Positions 48,504 through 62,220 of a stretch of 64,000 nt of DNA are shown here, piece after piece. The notes beneath the pieces were generated by a model, which searched no databases, was not told where the DNA came from, and saw only the letters and a list, made by a program, of their open reading frames with translations. Numbering within the stretch: position 1 is the first letter of the stretch; the number at the start of each line of letters is the position of its first letter. Origin of the DNA: Arcobacteraceae bacterium (GTDB lineage: Bacteria; Campylobacterota; Campylobacteria; Campylobacterales; Arcobacteraceae); assembly GCA_963662945.1 (NCBI GenBank), contig OY759974.1, positions 1,184,001 through 1,248,000 of the forward strand, written 5' to 3'. The position numbers and the translations under genes are program-made.

Positions 48504-51500
48504 ATGATAAAAAAACAAATACTAGAATTAATAAAGAAAAAACCATTAATTATTGATGGTGCTATGGGTACACAGCTTCAAACATATAAAGTTCCAGATG
48601 AAGCTTGGATTGATGACAAAGGAATTTCACAAGAAGGATGTAATGAACTTCTCAATGCTACAGCTCCAGAAATCCTAGAAAAAATACACAATGCTTATGC
48701 TTATGCTGGTGCAGATTTAATCAAAACAAATACTTTTGGAACTATGCCTTGGGTACTTGATGAATATGATATGTCTCACAGATGTTATGAACTCTCAAAG
48801 CTTGGGTGTGAACATGTAAAAAAAATATGTGATAAATACTCAACACCAGAAAAACCAAGATTTGTATTAGCATCAATTGGACCTGGGACAAAATTACCAA
48901 GTCTTGGACATATTGATTATGATACAATGTATGATGGTTATAAAGAGATGGCTAGAGGTTTAGTTGATGGTGGTGCAGATATATTTTTACTAGAAACTTG
49001 TCAAGACCCTCTTCAAATAAAAGCAGCACTTCATGCACTTCAAGATTTTGCTCCACAAATCCCAATTATGGTATCTGTTACAATAGAACTAAGTGGAAGT
49101 ATGCTTATAGGAACAGATGCTCAGACGATTGCTACTATTTTAGAACCTTTTGATATTCTCTCTCTTGGATTTAACTGTGGAACTGGCCCAGAACAAGTAA
49201 AAAAACATCTTGAAGTTTTAAGCCAATATAGTGATAAATACCTCTCAATTCATGCCAATGCAGGACTACCTCAAAATAAAGGTGGATATACCTTCTATCC
49301 AATGGGTCCAGATGAATTTGCTACTATTCAAAAAACATTTTTAGATTTTGCAGGGGTAAGTTTTCTCGGTGGTTGTTGTGGAACTACTCCTCAACATATC
49401 AAAGCCCTAGCAGATGAGGTACAAGATATACAACCAAAAACTCCAACAGGTGGTCACCCTACCAGTTTAGCTAGCCTTTTTCAAACTGTAGAACTTAAAC
49501 AAAATCCAGCGCCACTTTTAATCGGAGAGAGAAGTAACGCAACAGGAAGTAAAGCATTTAGAGAATTACTTAAGGCTGAAGATTTTGAAGGTACTTTAAC
49601 TGTAGGACAACAGCAAGTGAGAGCTGGGGCTCATGTGATAGATGTAAGTGTAGGATTTGCAGGACGAGATGAAACAATAGATATGGATGAAGTTGTTTCT
49701 AGATATGCACAAAAAATTCAGTTACCACTTATGCCAGATTCAACACAAATACCTGCCTTAGAAAAAGCACTTAAACTTATAGGTGGTAAACCTATTTTAA
49801 ACTCTGTAAACCTTGAAGACGGAATTGAAAGGTTTGATGAGATATGTCAAATGGCAAAGAAATTTGGTACAAGTTTAGTATGTCTTGTTATCGATGAAGT
49901 TGCTATGGCAAAAACAAAAGAGAAAAAAGTTGAAATTGCTGAGCGAATCTATCAAAGAGCAGTAAATCTCCATGGACTCAATCCTCGTGATTTAGTTTTT
50001 GATATGCTTGTATTTACTATTGGTAGTGGAGATGAAGAATACCACACTGCTGGTATTGAGACCATAGAAGCGATACGTGAGTTTACCTCAATGCACCCTG
50101 AAATCAGTACTACTTTAGGATTATCAAATATCTCTTTTGGACTTAATACCCACGCTAGAGTATATCTCAATAGTGTATTTCTACATCATTGTGTAGAAGC
50201 TGGATTAAGTAGTGCTATTGTAAATGTAAAACATCTACTGCCTATGAATAAAATGAGTAAAGAGGATATAAAAGCTTGTGAAGATTTACTTTTCAATCGT
50301 CGTGAAAAAGGCGACCCACTTTTTGCTTTTATTGAACACTTCAGTGATGTTGGTGCAGTAGAGCAACAAACAGATGAAGAGTATGAAAAATTAAGCGACA
50401 AAGAAAAAGTTATCCAACTTTTAAAAGATGGAGATAAAGAGAGACTTCTTCCACTTGCTATTCAGCTCAAAGACAATGTACCCCCTGAACTTATTGTAAA
50501 TGAGTGGCTTATTGAGGGAATGAAAGAGATTGGAGAACTTTTTGGAAGTGGTGTTATGCAACTTCCTTTTGTACTTCAAAGTGCAGAAACCATGAAAGCA
50601 TGTGTAGATCAGCTTAATCCATTTTTACCAAAAATTGAAAAAGAGAGTGAAACAACTTTGGTTCTTGGAACTGTAAAAGGGGATGTTCATGATGTTGGGA
50701 AAAATTTAGTTGATATAATATTATCAAACAATGGTTTTAAAGTTATCAATATTGGTATTAAAGCCAATATAGAAAGTTTCATAGAAGAATCTAAAAAACA
50801 CAATGCGCATGCAATAGGTATGAGTGGGCTTCTTGTAAAATCAACAAATGAAATGAAAGCAAACCTAGAAGAGTTACAAAACCAAAATATTAAACTTCCA
50901 GTTATCCTTGGAGGTGCTGCTCTTACAAAAGCGTTTGTAGATGATTTTTGTAGACCTATTTATGATGGAGCAATCTTTTATGCACGAGATGCCTTTGATG
51001 GAGTTGTAGCAATGCAAAGAATTGAAAAGCAACTCCAAACTGGAGCAGATTTAGATACAAATATGGCTGCTGATTTAATTGTGATGGATGAGTCTCTACA
51101 AAAAGAGGAAAAAGTTGAGTTTAATAGTGATCTTCATACCCCATTACTTTTAGAAAATAAACATAATTTTACTCCACCATTTTGGGGAAGAAGAGATATG
51201 TCAAAAGATTTTGACCCCTCTTTAGCTTTTGAGTGGATAAATCATAGAGTACTATTTAGACAAAGATGGGGATATAAAAAGGGAAAAATGTCTCCAGAAG
51301 AATTTATAGCTCATGAAAATGATATGGTAAAACCTATTTATGAAAATCTCAAAGATGAATTTTTAGATAAAGGTATTTTTGCACCTATTGCACTTTATGG
51401 TTACTTTCCTTGTAAAGCTAATGATACAGTTTTAGAAATTTATGATAATGAAAAAGAAAATATTATTGCTACATTTGATTTCCCTAGACAAGGAAAATCT

Positions 51501-51950
51501 CCACATAGATGTTTAGCTGATTATTTTAAAACAAATGATTTTGATGTAGTAGGATTTACTTTTGTAAGTTCTGGTCTTAAAATAACAGACTATGAGAAAG
51601 ATATTTATGATAAAGGTGAGTTTGCTAAATATTATAATGTACATGGTCTTGGAGTTGAATTAGCTGAAGCATTAGCAGAAGTTGTACATAAACAAATAAG
51701 ATTAGATTTAAACATAGCTCAAACTGAAAAACCAACACTAAAAGATGTAGTTATGAAAGGCTACCAAGGATGTAGATACTCTCCTGGATATGCTGCTTGT
51801 CCAGACCTTGCTATGAATAGAACAATATTTGATTTACTTAAACCAGAAGAATTTGGTGTTGAATTAAGTGAAACATTTCAAATTCATCCAGAACAAAGTA
51901 CTGTAGCAATAGTTGTACCAAATAAAGAGGCTAAATATTTTAATATTTAG
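48504..51950 (+). CDS. metH: Cobalamin-dependent methionine synthase
   Basis: DGAMGT, GGCCGT, GERSN, DVHDVGKN (DxHxxG), RYSPGYAACP. Confidence 0.96.
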   Translation: MIKKQILELIKKKPLIIDGAMGTQLQTYKVPDEAWIDDKGISQEGCNELLNATAPEILEKIHNAYAYAGADLIKTNTFGTMPWVLDEYDMSHRCYELSKLGCEHVKKICDKYSTPEKPRFVLASIGPGTKLPSLGHIDYDTMYDGYKEMARGLVDGGADIFLLETCQDPLQIKAALHALQDFAPQIPIMVSVTIELSGSMLIGTDAQTIATILEPFDILSLGFNCGTGPEQVKKHLEVLSQYSDKYLSIHANAGLPQNKGGYTFYPMGPDEFATIQKTFLDFAGVSFLGGCCGTTPQHIKALADEVQDIQPKTPTGGHPTSLASLFQTVELKQNPAPLLIGERSNATGSKAFRELLKAEDFEGTLTVGQQQVRAGAHVIDVSVGFAGRDETIDMDEVVSRYAQKIQLPLMPDSTQIPALEKALKLIGGKPILNSVNLEDGIERFDEICQMAKKFGTSLVCLVIDEVAMAKTKEKKVEIAERIYQRAVNLHGLNPRDLVFDMLVFTIGSGDEEYHTAGIETIEAIREFTSMHPEISTTLGLSNISFGLNTHARVYLNSVFLHHCVEAGLSSAIVNVKHLLPMNKMSKEDIKACEDLLFNRREKGDPLFAFIEHFSDVGAVEQQTDEEYEKLSDKEKVIQLLKDGDKERLLPLAIQLKDNVPPELIVNEWLIEGMKEIGELFGSGVMQLPFVLQSAETMKACVDQLNPFLPKIEKESETTLVLGTVKGDVHDVGKNLVDIILSNNGFKVINIGIKANIESFIEESKKHNAHAIGMSGLLVKSTNEMKANLEELQNQNIKLPVILGGAALTKAFVDDFCRPIYDGAIFYARDAFDGVVAMQRIEKQLQTGADLDTNMAADLIVMDESLQKEEKVEFNSDLHTPLLLENKHNFTPPFWGRRDMSKDFDPSLAFEWINHRVLFRQRWGYKKGKMSPEEFIAHENDMVKPIYENLKDEFLDKGIFAPIALYGYFPCKANDTVLEIYDNEKENIIATFDFPRQGKSPHRCLADYFKTNDFDVVGFTFVSSGLKITDYEKDIYDKGEFAKYYNVHGLGVELAEALAEVVHKQIRLDLNIAQTEKPTLKDVVMKGYQGCRYSPGYAACPDLAMNRTIFDLLKPEEFGVELSETFQIHPEQSTVAIVVPNKEAKYFNI

Positions 51951-52684
51951 TGCCCTTCTTTATGCTCTTCTATATAGTGTGTAATTGCATCTTTAATATT
52001 CATTAATTTATTTGGATTTCCCTGTAAATTCTTAAAGTGTGCAGATACATCTTCATTATTCTCAATTTTTAAATCAGCTATTTTTGAACATATTTGTAAA
52101 AACACATTATAAGGTACATCATCTCCTCTTTTTAAAAAATAAATAGCCCTCTGTAACGATACAAAAGGATTTAAACTTACTTTTGAAAGATTATTTGATC
52201 TAGTATTTATATAATTAACAAACTCCATTCTCATATCACATTTAACAATAGTAAATAATCTTTTTTTTGTATTATAATTACATTCAAAAGCTATCTTTGT
52301 CGAATCAAAATCAAAACCATCTACAAGTTCTTTGAGAGTTGCTCCTTTAAATCTTTCTCTATAAACTAATTGATAAATATCATTTTTATATCTATAAGTA
52401 AATGAATTATTCTCATATTCAAAATAATCTTTATTCATAGCATCATTTAATAATAATCTATCTTCATTCGATGTGAAAAACAAATCTAAGTCCATAAATC
52501 TATCTGATTTTATACAAGAACCTGCCAGATAGCATTTGATATCTTTCTTTTTTATATTGCCAATAATTAATCTTTGAAAAAAATCATTTAACTTAATTGC
52601 AATATTATCTAGTCGATAATCCAAAAGTGATGCTTGATCATAAGAAAGTAACTCTTCATAATCTTTCCAAAAATTATAAATCAT
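51947..52684 (-). CDS. Hypothetical protein, pol-beta-type nucleotidyltransferase-like
   Basis: ATG 52684 after GGAG. YLAGSCIKSDRFMDLDLFF (G[GS]..DxD) and FDF motif. Confidence 0.5.
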   Translation of the reverse strand: MIYNFWKDYEELLSYDQASLLDYRLDNIAIKLNDFFQRLIIGNIKKKDIKCYLAGSCIKSDRFMDLDLFFTSNEDRLLLNDAMNKDYFEYENNSFTYRYKNDIYQLVYRERFKGATLKELVDGFDFDSTKIAFECNYNTKKRLFTIVKCDMRMEFVNYINTRSNNLSKVSLNPFVSLQRAIYFLKRGDDVPYNVFLQICSKIADLKIENNEDVSAHFKNLQGNPNKLMNIKDAITHYIEEHKEGH

Positions 52685-52841
52685 ATAGTCTCCATACTCT
52701 AAATTAATATGACTATTATAACTTAATTTGACAATAAAAGAGTAAAATATAAGAAGATAAAAAAGCAATAAAAGAAGAAATATAATAAGAAGCATAAGAG
52801 CTTCCTAAAAAAAGAAAGGCAAAAAAAAGAGACACCTTAAA

Positions 52842-52958
52842 AGTTGGCAGCGACCTACGTTTCCACCAGGGGACCCGGCAGTATTATCGGCGATGGAGAG
52901 CTTGACTACCAGGTTCGAAATGGGGCTGGGTATTTCCTCTCCTCTATAACCACCAACA
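52842..52958 (-). rRNA. rrf: 5S rRNA
   Basis: Conserved 5S sequence (..TCGAACC..CGCCGATAATACT..GTAGGTCGCTGCCA). Ends approximate. Confidence 0.93.
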
Positions 52959-53084
52959 TTTAAAATGTCTCATTTAAAAGTTGTGTATAAAGTAATACAG
53001 TTAAAGTCTTTGTTCTAAAGTAAAAATACATTCTAAATATATCTTATTACATTTAATAAGATAGTAAACTAAAGATAATCTTAT

Positions 53085-55967
<2,883 letters not shown>

Positions 55968-56214
55968 ATAAATTAAAGAAGAATTTGTATTATTGCTAAT
56001 ACAGTTCTTTTTTGCTTTGTTATGATTATTCTTTAGCTACTATCTTATTAAATGTAACTTCAATAAAATAATATTTAAAATTGTATTTTTATTTTCTTTA
56101 GAAAAATAAAGACTTTAACAGTATGTTTTTAAATAACTCTTTGATCTCTTTTGAAATCAAATATTAATTCTACAATTAGAACTAATATTTAACTTCTTCT
56201 GTATCTCTTTCCTA

Positions 56215-56290
56215 TGGTGGAGAATAGCGGGATCGAACCGCTGACCTCCTACGTGCAAGGCAGGCGCTCTCCCAGCTGAGCTAATTCCCC
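56215..56290 (-). tRNA. tRNA-Ala (UGC)
   Basis: GGGGAATTAGCTCAGCTGGGAGAGCG..TTGCAC..CCACCA in the 16S-23S spacer. Confidence 0.96.
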
Positions 56291-56291
56291 A

Positions 56292-56368
56292 TGGTGGGCC
56301 TAACAGGACTTGAACCTGTGACCTCACGATTATCAGTCGAGCGCTCTAGCCAGCTGAGCTATAGGCCC
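56292..56368 (-). tRNA. tRNA-Ile (GAU)
   Basis: GGGCCTATAGCTCAG..CTGATAA..GGCCCACCA in the spacer. Confidence 0.96.
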
Positions 56369-56617
56369 ATGAATACTTAGTTAATAATGATCTCTCATTA
56401 TTGACTAGGATGTTTTAACATCTTTGTTAATAAATAATGTTCTGTTCTTTTAAGATTATTCATATAATCTTTATAAACTAGATAGCAAGATGTCTTTATG
56501 AGATTAAAGAACTTTCGTCTCGATGTTGTACTATTTTTTACATCAATTTGTTATATCTTATTATATAACTTTTTATTCATTGAACTCAACTAAACGAATA
56601 GTTAAGTTATATCTTTG

Positions 56618-58135
<1,518 letters not shown>

Positions 58136-58489
58136 AATAAGCATTTCTACTTATTGGTTTGTTTAATCTTGACTTTTAAGTTTTTACCTAAAAATCACTG
58201 AATCTATTTAAAGATTCAATTATATTTATTTGTTTTTAGTTTTAAAACTAAAACTCATAAAGTTTATAGACGAAGTTTATCAAATATAAATTACTCTATA
58301 TTTAATTCTTCTTGTATCTAGTTTATAAAGATTACTTCTCAGTAATTTAAATAAACTTGATTTTATTTATTAACATTATTTTTTTTAAAGAACTTTTCCT
58401 AATTAATTTTTCTCTCTTCTTGAAGTTATTGAATCTAAACAACCCGTTTATACTCTCTTCTTAAAGTGTCTTACTTTAATTGGACGCGA

Positions 58490-58518
58490 ATTATAATAAA
58501 ATTTTTTGGCTTTGTCAA
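58490..58518 (-). promoter_or_regulatory. Consensus sigma70 rRNA promoter
   Basis: TTGACA-17 nt-TATAAT followed by GC-rich discriminator TCGCGTCC. Confidence 0.88.
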
Positions 58519-58648
58519 GAGCTACAGCTTAAGTGTGGCTGAAATTTTGAAATTCTTTTTTATTGGGTAATTCTTCGTTAATATTTCTTTAGTAATATAC
58601 AGAAATTTTTGATATAATTGCACCTATATATATAAGAGGAATTTTTAA

Positions 58649-59836
58649 ATGAGTTTAGAAACTATTGATAAATCGTATGTATTAAATACATATGCAAGAA
58701 ATTATGTTAATTTTACAAAAGGTGTTAACGCTACATTATATAGTGATGATGGAAAAGACTTTATTGACTTTACAAGTGGTATAGGTGTTGTTTCATGTGG
58801 GCATGGAAATGAAAGAATTGCTAATGCTATTTGTAATCAAGTAAAAAACATTACACATATCTCAAATCTTTATGTTATAGAACCTCAAGCAAAACTAGCA
58901 CAAAAAATTGCACAACTTAGTGGTTATGATGTTGCTATGTTTTTTGCTAATAGTGGTGCTGAGGCAAATGAAGGTGCTATAAAAATAGCTAGAAAATATG
59001 GTAAAACAAAATTTGATAATAAAAAATATAAAGTTATTACATTAGAACATTCATTTCACGGAAGAACAATAACAACTGTTAAAGCAACAGGTCAAGGAGA
59101 TATGCATACTGATAACTTTACACCTTATCCAGAAGGTTTCTCATACAATGCAAGTATTAATGATGTTTATAACTCTATAGATAATGAAACTGTTGCTGTT
59201 ATGATAGAACTTGTACAAGGGGAAGGTGGTGTTCAACCATTACCAAAAGAAGAGGTACAAAAACTAGCAAAATATTTAAAAGAAAATAATATTTTACTTA
59301 TTATAGATGAAGTACAAACTGGTGCATTTAGAACTGGGGAATTTTTAGCATCTAACTTATATGACATAACACCAGACATCATCACTATGGCTAAAGGTGT
59401 TGGTAGTGGTGTTCCTATTGGTGTAGTTATGACAACACATAAAGATATCTTTTCTCCTGGAGATCATGGAAGTACTTTTGGTGGAAACTATTTAAGTACA
59501 GCTTCAGCTCTTGAAGCTTGTAGTATTTTAGATGAGCTTAAAAATAGTGGTAATTTAGATGAAACAATGATATATTTTGAAGAGAAGCTAAAAGCTTTTT
59601 ATGAAAATCATACAGATATCTTTACTGATATGGTAGGGCTTGGACTTATGAGAGGTTTAAGAGCAAAAGATAAAGATACTCTTATGGATGTTATACAAAA
59701 AGCTTTTAATAGTGGTGTCCTTGTATTAAAAGCGGGGAAGAATACATTAAGATTTTTACCACCACTTACTATAACAAAATCAGAAATTGATGAAGGTTTT
59801 ATAAGATTGGAGAAAGCTGTTGAAAAAACTATCTAA
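58649..59836 (+). CDS. argD: Acetylornithine aminotransferase (class III PLP)
   Basis: NTYAR, DFTSGIGV..GH, NSGAEANE, FHGRT, QGEGG, DEVQTG, HGSTFGGN. Confidence 0.9.
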   Translation: MSLETIDKSYVLNTYARNYVNFTKGVNATLYSDDGKDFIDFTSGIGVVSCGHGNERIANAICNQVKNITHISNLYVIEPQAKLAQKIAQLSGYDVAMFFANSGAEANEGAIKIARKYGKTKFDNKKYKVITLEHSFHGRTITTVKATGQGDMHTDNFTPYPEGFSYNASINDVYNSIDNETVAVMIELVQGEGGVQPLPKEEVQKLAKYLKENNILLIIDEVQTGAFRTGEFLASNLYDITPDIITMAKGVGSGVPIGVVMTTHKDIFSPGDHGSTFGGNYLSTASALEACSILDELKNSGNLDETMIYFEEKLKAFYENHTDIFTDMVGLGLMRGLRAKDKDTLMDVIQKAFNSGVLVLKAGKNTLRFLPPLTITKSEIDEGFIRLEKAVEKTI

Positions 59837-60995
59837 TTCACTACTACTTGCAAGCATATTTTGTACCACAACTGTTGTAGGAAATGAAGAGTTTTTATCT
59901 CAAACAAAAAAAGATATCCTAAACTATTCATATGAAAAAACTATCGAAGATAGTAGTAAGTTAAAACAAGATTGGATAAATCCCATTACTTATAAATATA
60001 TTTATAATGATGGTGAAGATTACAATACTGCAAAATCCTTAATTAGTGTATCTCAGCCTATTTTTAAAAGTGGAGGAATTTATTCTGCTATAAAATATGC
60101 TTCAAGTGTAGAAAGATATTCAAATACAGATATTGATACACAAAAAAAAGAGCTTATAAAACAAGTAATTAATCTATTATATCAAATCAAAAAAATTGAC
60201 ATTTCTATAGATAAACAAAAACTTTTAATTGATAATGCAAAACTTGATGTACAAAGAAAAAAAGAACAAGTTTTAAATGGAATACTTGATACTTCATTTT
60301 TAGACAATGCAATTATTGAAGCAAATACAAACGAAAATACATTAATTGATTTAGAATACCAAAAAACAGAACTAATCAATAGTTTATCAAATATCTCAGA
60401 CAAAAAATATGAGGAGTTAGAACTTCCTATTTTTACAATGATTACAAATGATAATTTTATTGAAAATAATATCTATATTAAAAAAGCTCAAGAAGATATA
60501 GAAACTTCTTATTGGATGAAAAACATGGTTACCTCTTCATATCTTCCAACTGTTAATTTTACAACGGATTATACGAAGTATCATGATACAGACAATAATC
60601 CAGCTTTAACAAAAGAGGGAACAACAAATGTTGGATTTAATATCACAATTCCCCTAGATGTAAGATTTTCATACGATATTCAAAGTAATAAAATAGCATA
60701 TTTACAAAAAAAACTTGCTCTTGAAGATAAACGAAAAGAAGAGATATCAATTTATAAAAACTCTTTAGCAAAAATTACTGGTTTGAATAAAAAAATTGTA
60801 ATTGCAAAAAACAATGTAGAGCTTTACAATTCTCTTCTAACACAACTTGAAGAACAATTAAGTGTAGGTATGAAAACTATCTCCGATGTTCAAACTATGG
60901 AAAACTCTAAAAAAATAAAAGCTTTAGATGTTAAAAGTTTAAAGATTGATATACAAATAGAACTTTTAGATATTTATTCAAGAATACAAAGTTAA
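59820..60995 (+). CDS. TolC-family outer membrane protein
   Basis: Signal peptide, SQPIFKSG, YLPTVNF, GFNITIPL, long helical repeats. Confidence 0.75.
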   Translation: MKKLSNSLLLASIFCTTTVVGNEEFLSQTKKDILNYSYEKTIEDSSKLKQDWINPITYKYIYNDGEDYNTAKSLISVSQPIFKSGGIYSAIKYASSVERYSNTDIDTQKKELIKQVINLLYQIKKIDISIDKQKLLIDNAKLDVQRKKEQVLNGILDTSFLDNAIIEANTNENTLIDLEYQKTELINSLSNISDKKYEELELPIFTMITNDNFIENNIYIKKAQEDIETSYWMKNMVTSSYLPTVNFTTDYTKYHDTDNNPALTKEGTTNVGFNITIPLDVRFSYDIQSNKIAYLQKKLALEDKRKEEISIYKNSLAKITGLNKKIVIAKNNVELYNSLLTQLEEQLSVGMKTISDVQTMENSKKIKALDVKSLKIDIQIELLDIYSRIQS

Positions 60996-60996
60996 T

Positions 60997-62022
60997 ATGG
61001 ATAAACTGATTACATTTAGTCAATATTTCCAAGATTGGCTTTATTCAAAAGATGGATACTATTCAAACTATAAAACGATAGGAAAAGAGGGAGACTTTTA
61101 TACTGCTGTAAGTACAAGTCGCTTCTTTGGAGGGACTATAGGTAAAAGAGTTGTAGATATTATTGAAGAAGGATTTCTAAGTAAAAATGCGACCATAATT
61201 GAAATTGGTGCTCATCATGGATATTTACTTTCTGATATGATTCAATTTATATTTACATTAAATCCAATACTTATCAAAACACTCAAATTTGCTATTGTTG
61301 AAAGATATGAACACTTAAGAATCAAACAACAGGAGTACTTTCAACAATGTTTTGGAGATGAGATACAACTTATCCATTATAAAGATATTAGTGAAGTTCA
61401 AGAAACTGAAGCATTTATAATAGCCAATGAAATATTTGATGCCTTTCCTTGTGATTTAGTTTATACAAATGATAAAAATACTTTACAATATGGTGTTGTA
61501 GAAAATGACACTATACAATTTATAGATAATAATGATGAGTTTTTAAAAAACTATTGTCATACATATAAAGTTACTAAAGGTGAAGTATCTAGAGGAATTG
61601 AAGAGTTTGCACAACAGATGTGCACAAATATAAAAAAATTTGAATTTGTCACTTTTGATTATGGGGAAAAATATCCAAGAAATGACTTTTCTTGTAGAAT
61701 ATATGAAAAACATAATGTATATCCTTTATTTGATGAAAGTATACAATTAAAAGATTTATATAAAAAAAGTGATATCACTTATGATGTAAACTTTTCACAT
61801 ATAATTGACAGCTTTAAAAAAGCTGGTGCAACAAATTTAAGTTATGAGACTCAGTTGAAAGCACTTGTAAATTTTGGTATTATTGAACTTCTTGAAATAT
61901 TACATAAAAATGTAGATGAAGACACTTATCTTAGTGAAGCAAATAAAGTAAAAACGCTTCTCAATCCTATAGGAATGGGTGATAGGTTTAAAATGGCAAG
62001 TTTTAGGAAAGGTGAAGAATGA
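60997..62022 (+). CDS. SAM-dependent methyltransferase, MidA/NDUFAF7 family
   Basis: GYY..IGKEGDFYTA, IEIGAHHG, ANEIFDAFP, FDYG, DITYDVNF, MGDRFK. Confidence 0.87.
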   Translation: MDKLITFSQYFQDWLYSKDGYYSNYKTIGKEGDFYTAVSTSRFFGGTIGKRVVDIIEEGFLSKNATIIEIGAHHGYLLSDMIQFIFTLNPILIKTLKFAIVERYEHLRIKQQEYFQQCFGDEIQLIHYKDISEVQETEAFIIANEIFDAFPCDLVYTNDKNTLQYGVVENDTIQFIDNNDEFLKNYCHTYKVTKGEVSRGIEEFAQQMCTNIKKFEFVTFDYGEKYPRNDFSCRIYEKHNVYPLFDESIQLKDLYKKSDITYDVNFSHIIDSFKKAGATNLSYETQLKALVNFGIIELLEILHKNVDEDTYLSEANKVKTLLNPIGMGDRFKMASFRKGEE

Positions 62023-62219
62023 ATTTGATAATTAATGGTGAAAATAAATCTTTTGATGATAATTTTACCCTAGAACAAATCATTGATAAATTGATGATTA
62101 AAGACAAAGTTATGGCATGTGCTGTAAATATGGAAATAGTGAAAAAAGAAAATTGGAGTAACTATACCCCAAAAGAAGATGATAAATTAGAATTATTGCA
62201 ATTTGTAGGTGGTGGTTGA
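62019..62219 (+). CDS. thiS: Sulfur carrier protein ThiS
   Basis: INGE, AVNMEIV, D.LELLQFVGGG C-terminus. Confidence 0.9.
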   Translation: MNLIINGENKSFDDNFTLEQIIDKLMIKDKVMACAVNMEIVKKENWSNYTPKEDDKLELLQFVGGG

Positions 62220-62220
62220 T

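Noticed and set aside
8394-50401. Short antisense or nested ORFs (e.g. 8394, 9884, 12927, 13111, 16375, 25116, 26823, 33506, 44823, 49952)
   Set aside because: They overlap well-supported genes and show shadow-frame composition with no motifs.
52684-52795. Hydrophobic N-terminal extension of the 282-aa ORF
   Set aside because: Arises from T-rich intergenic DNA. The -10 and SD support the start at 52684.
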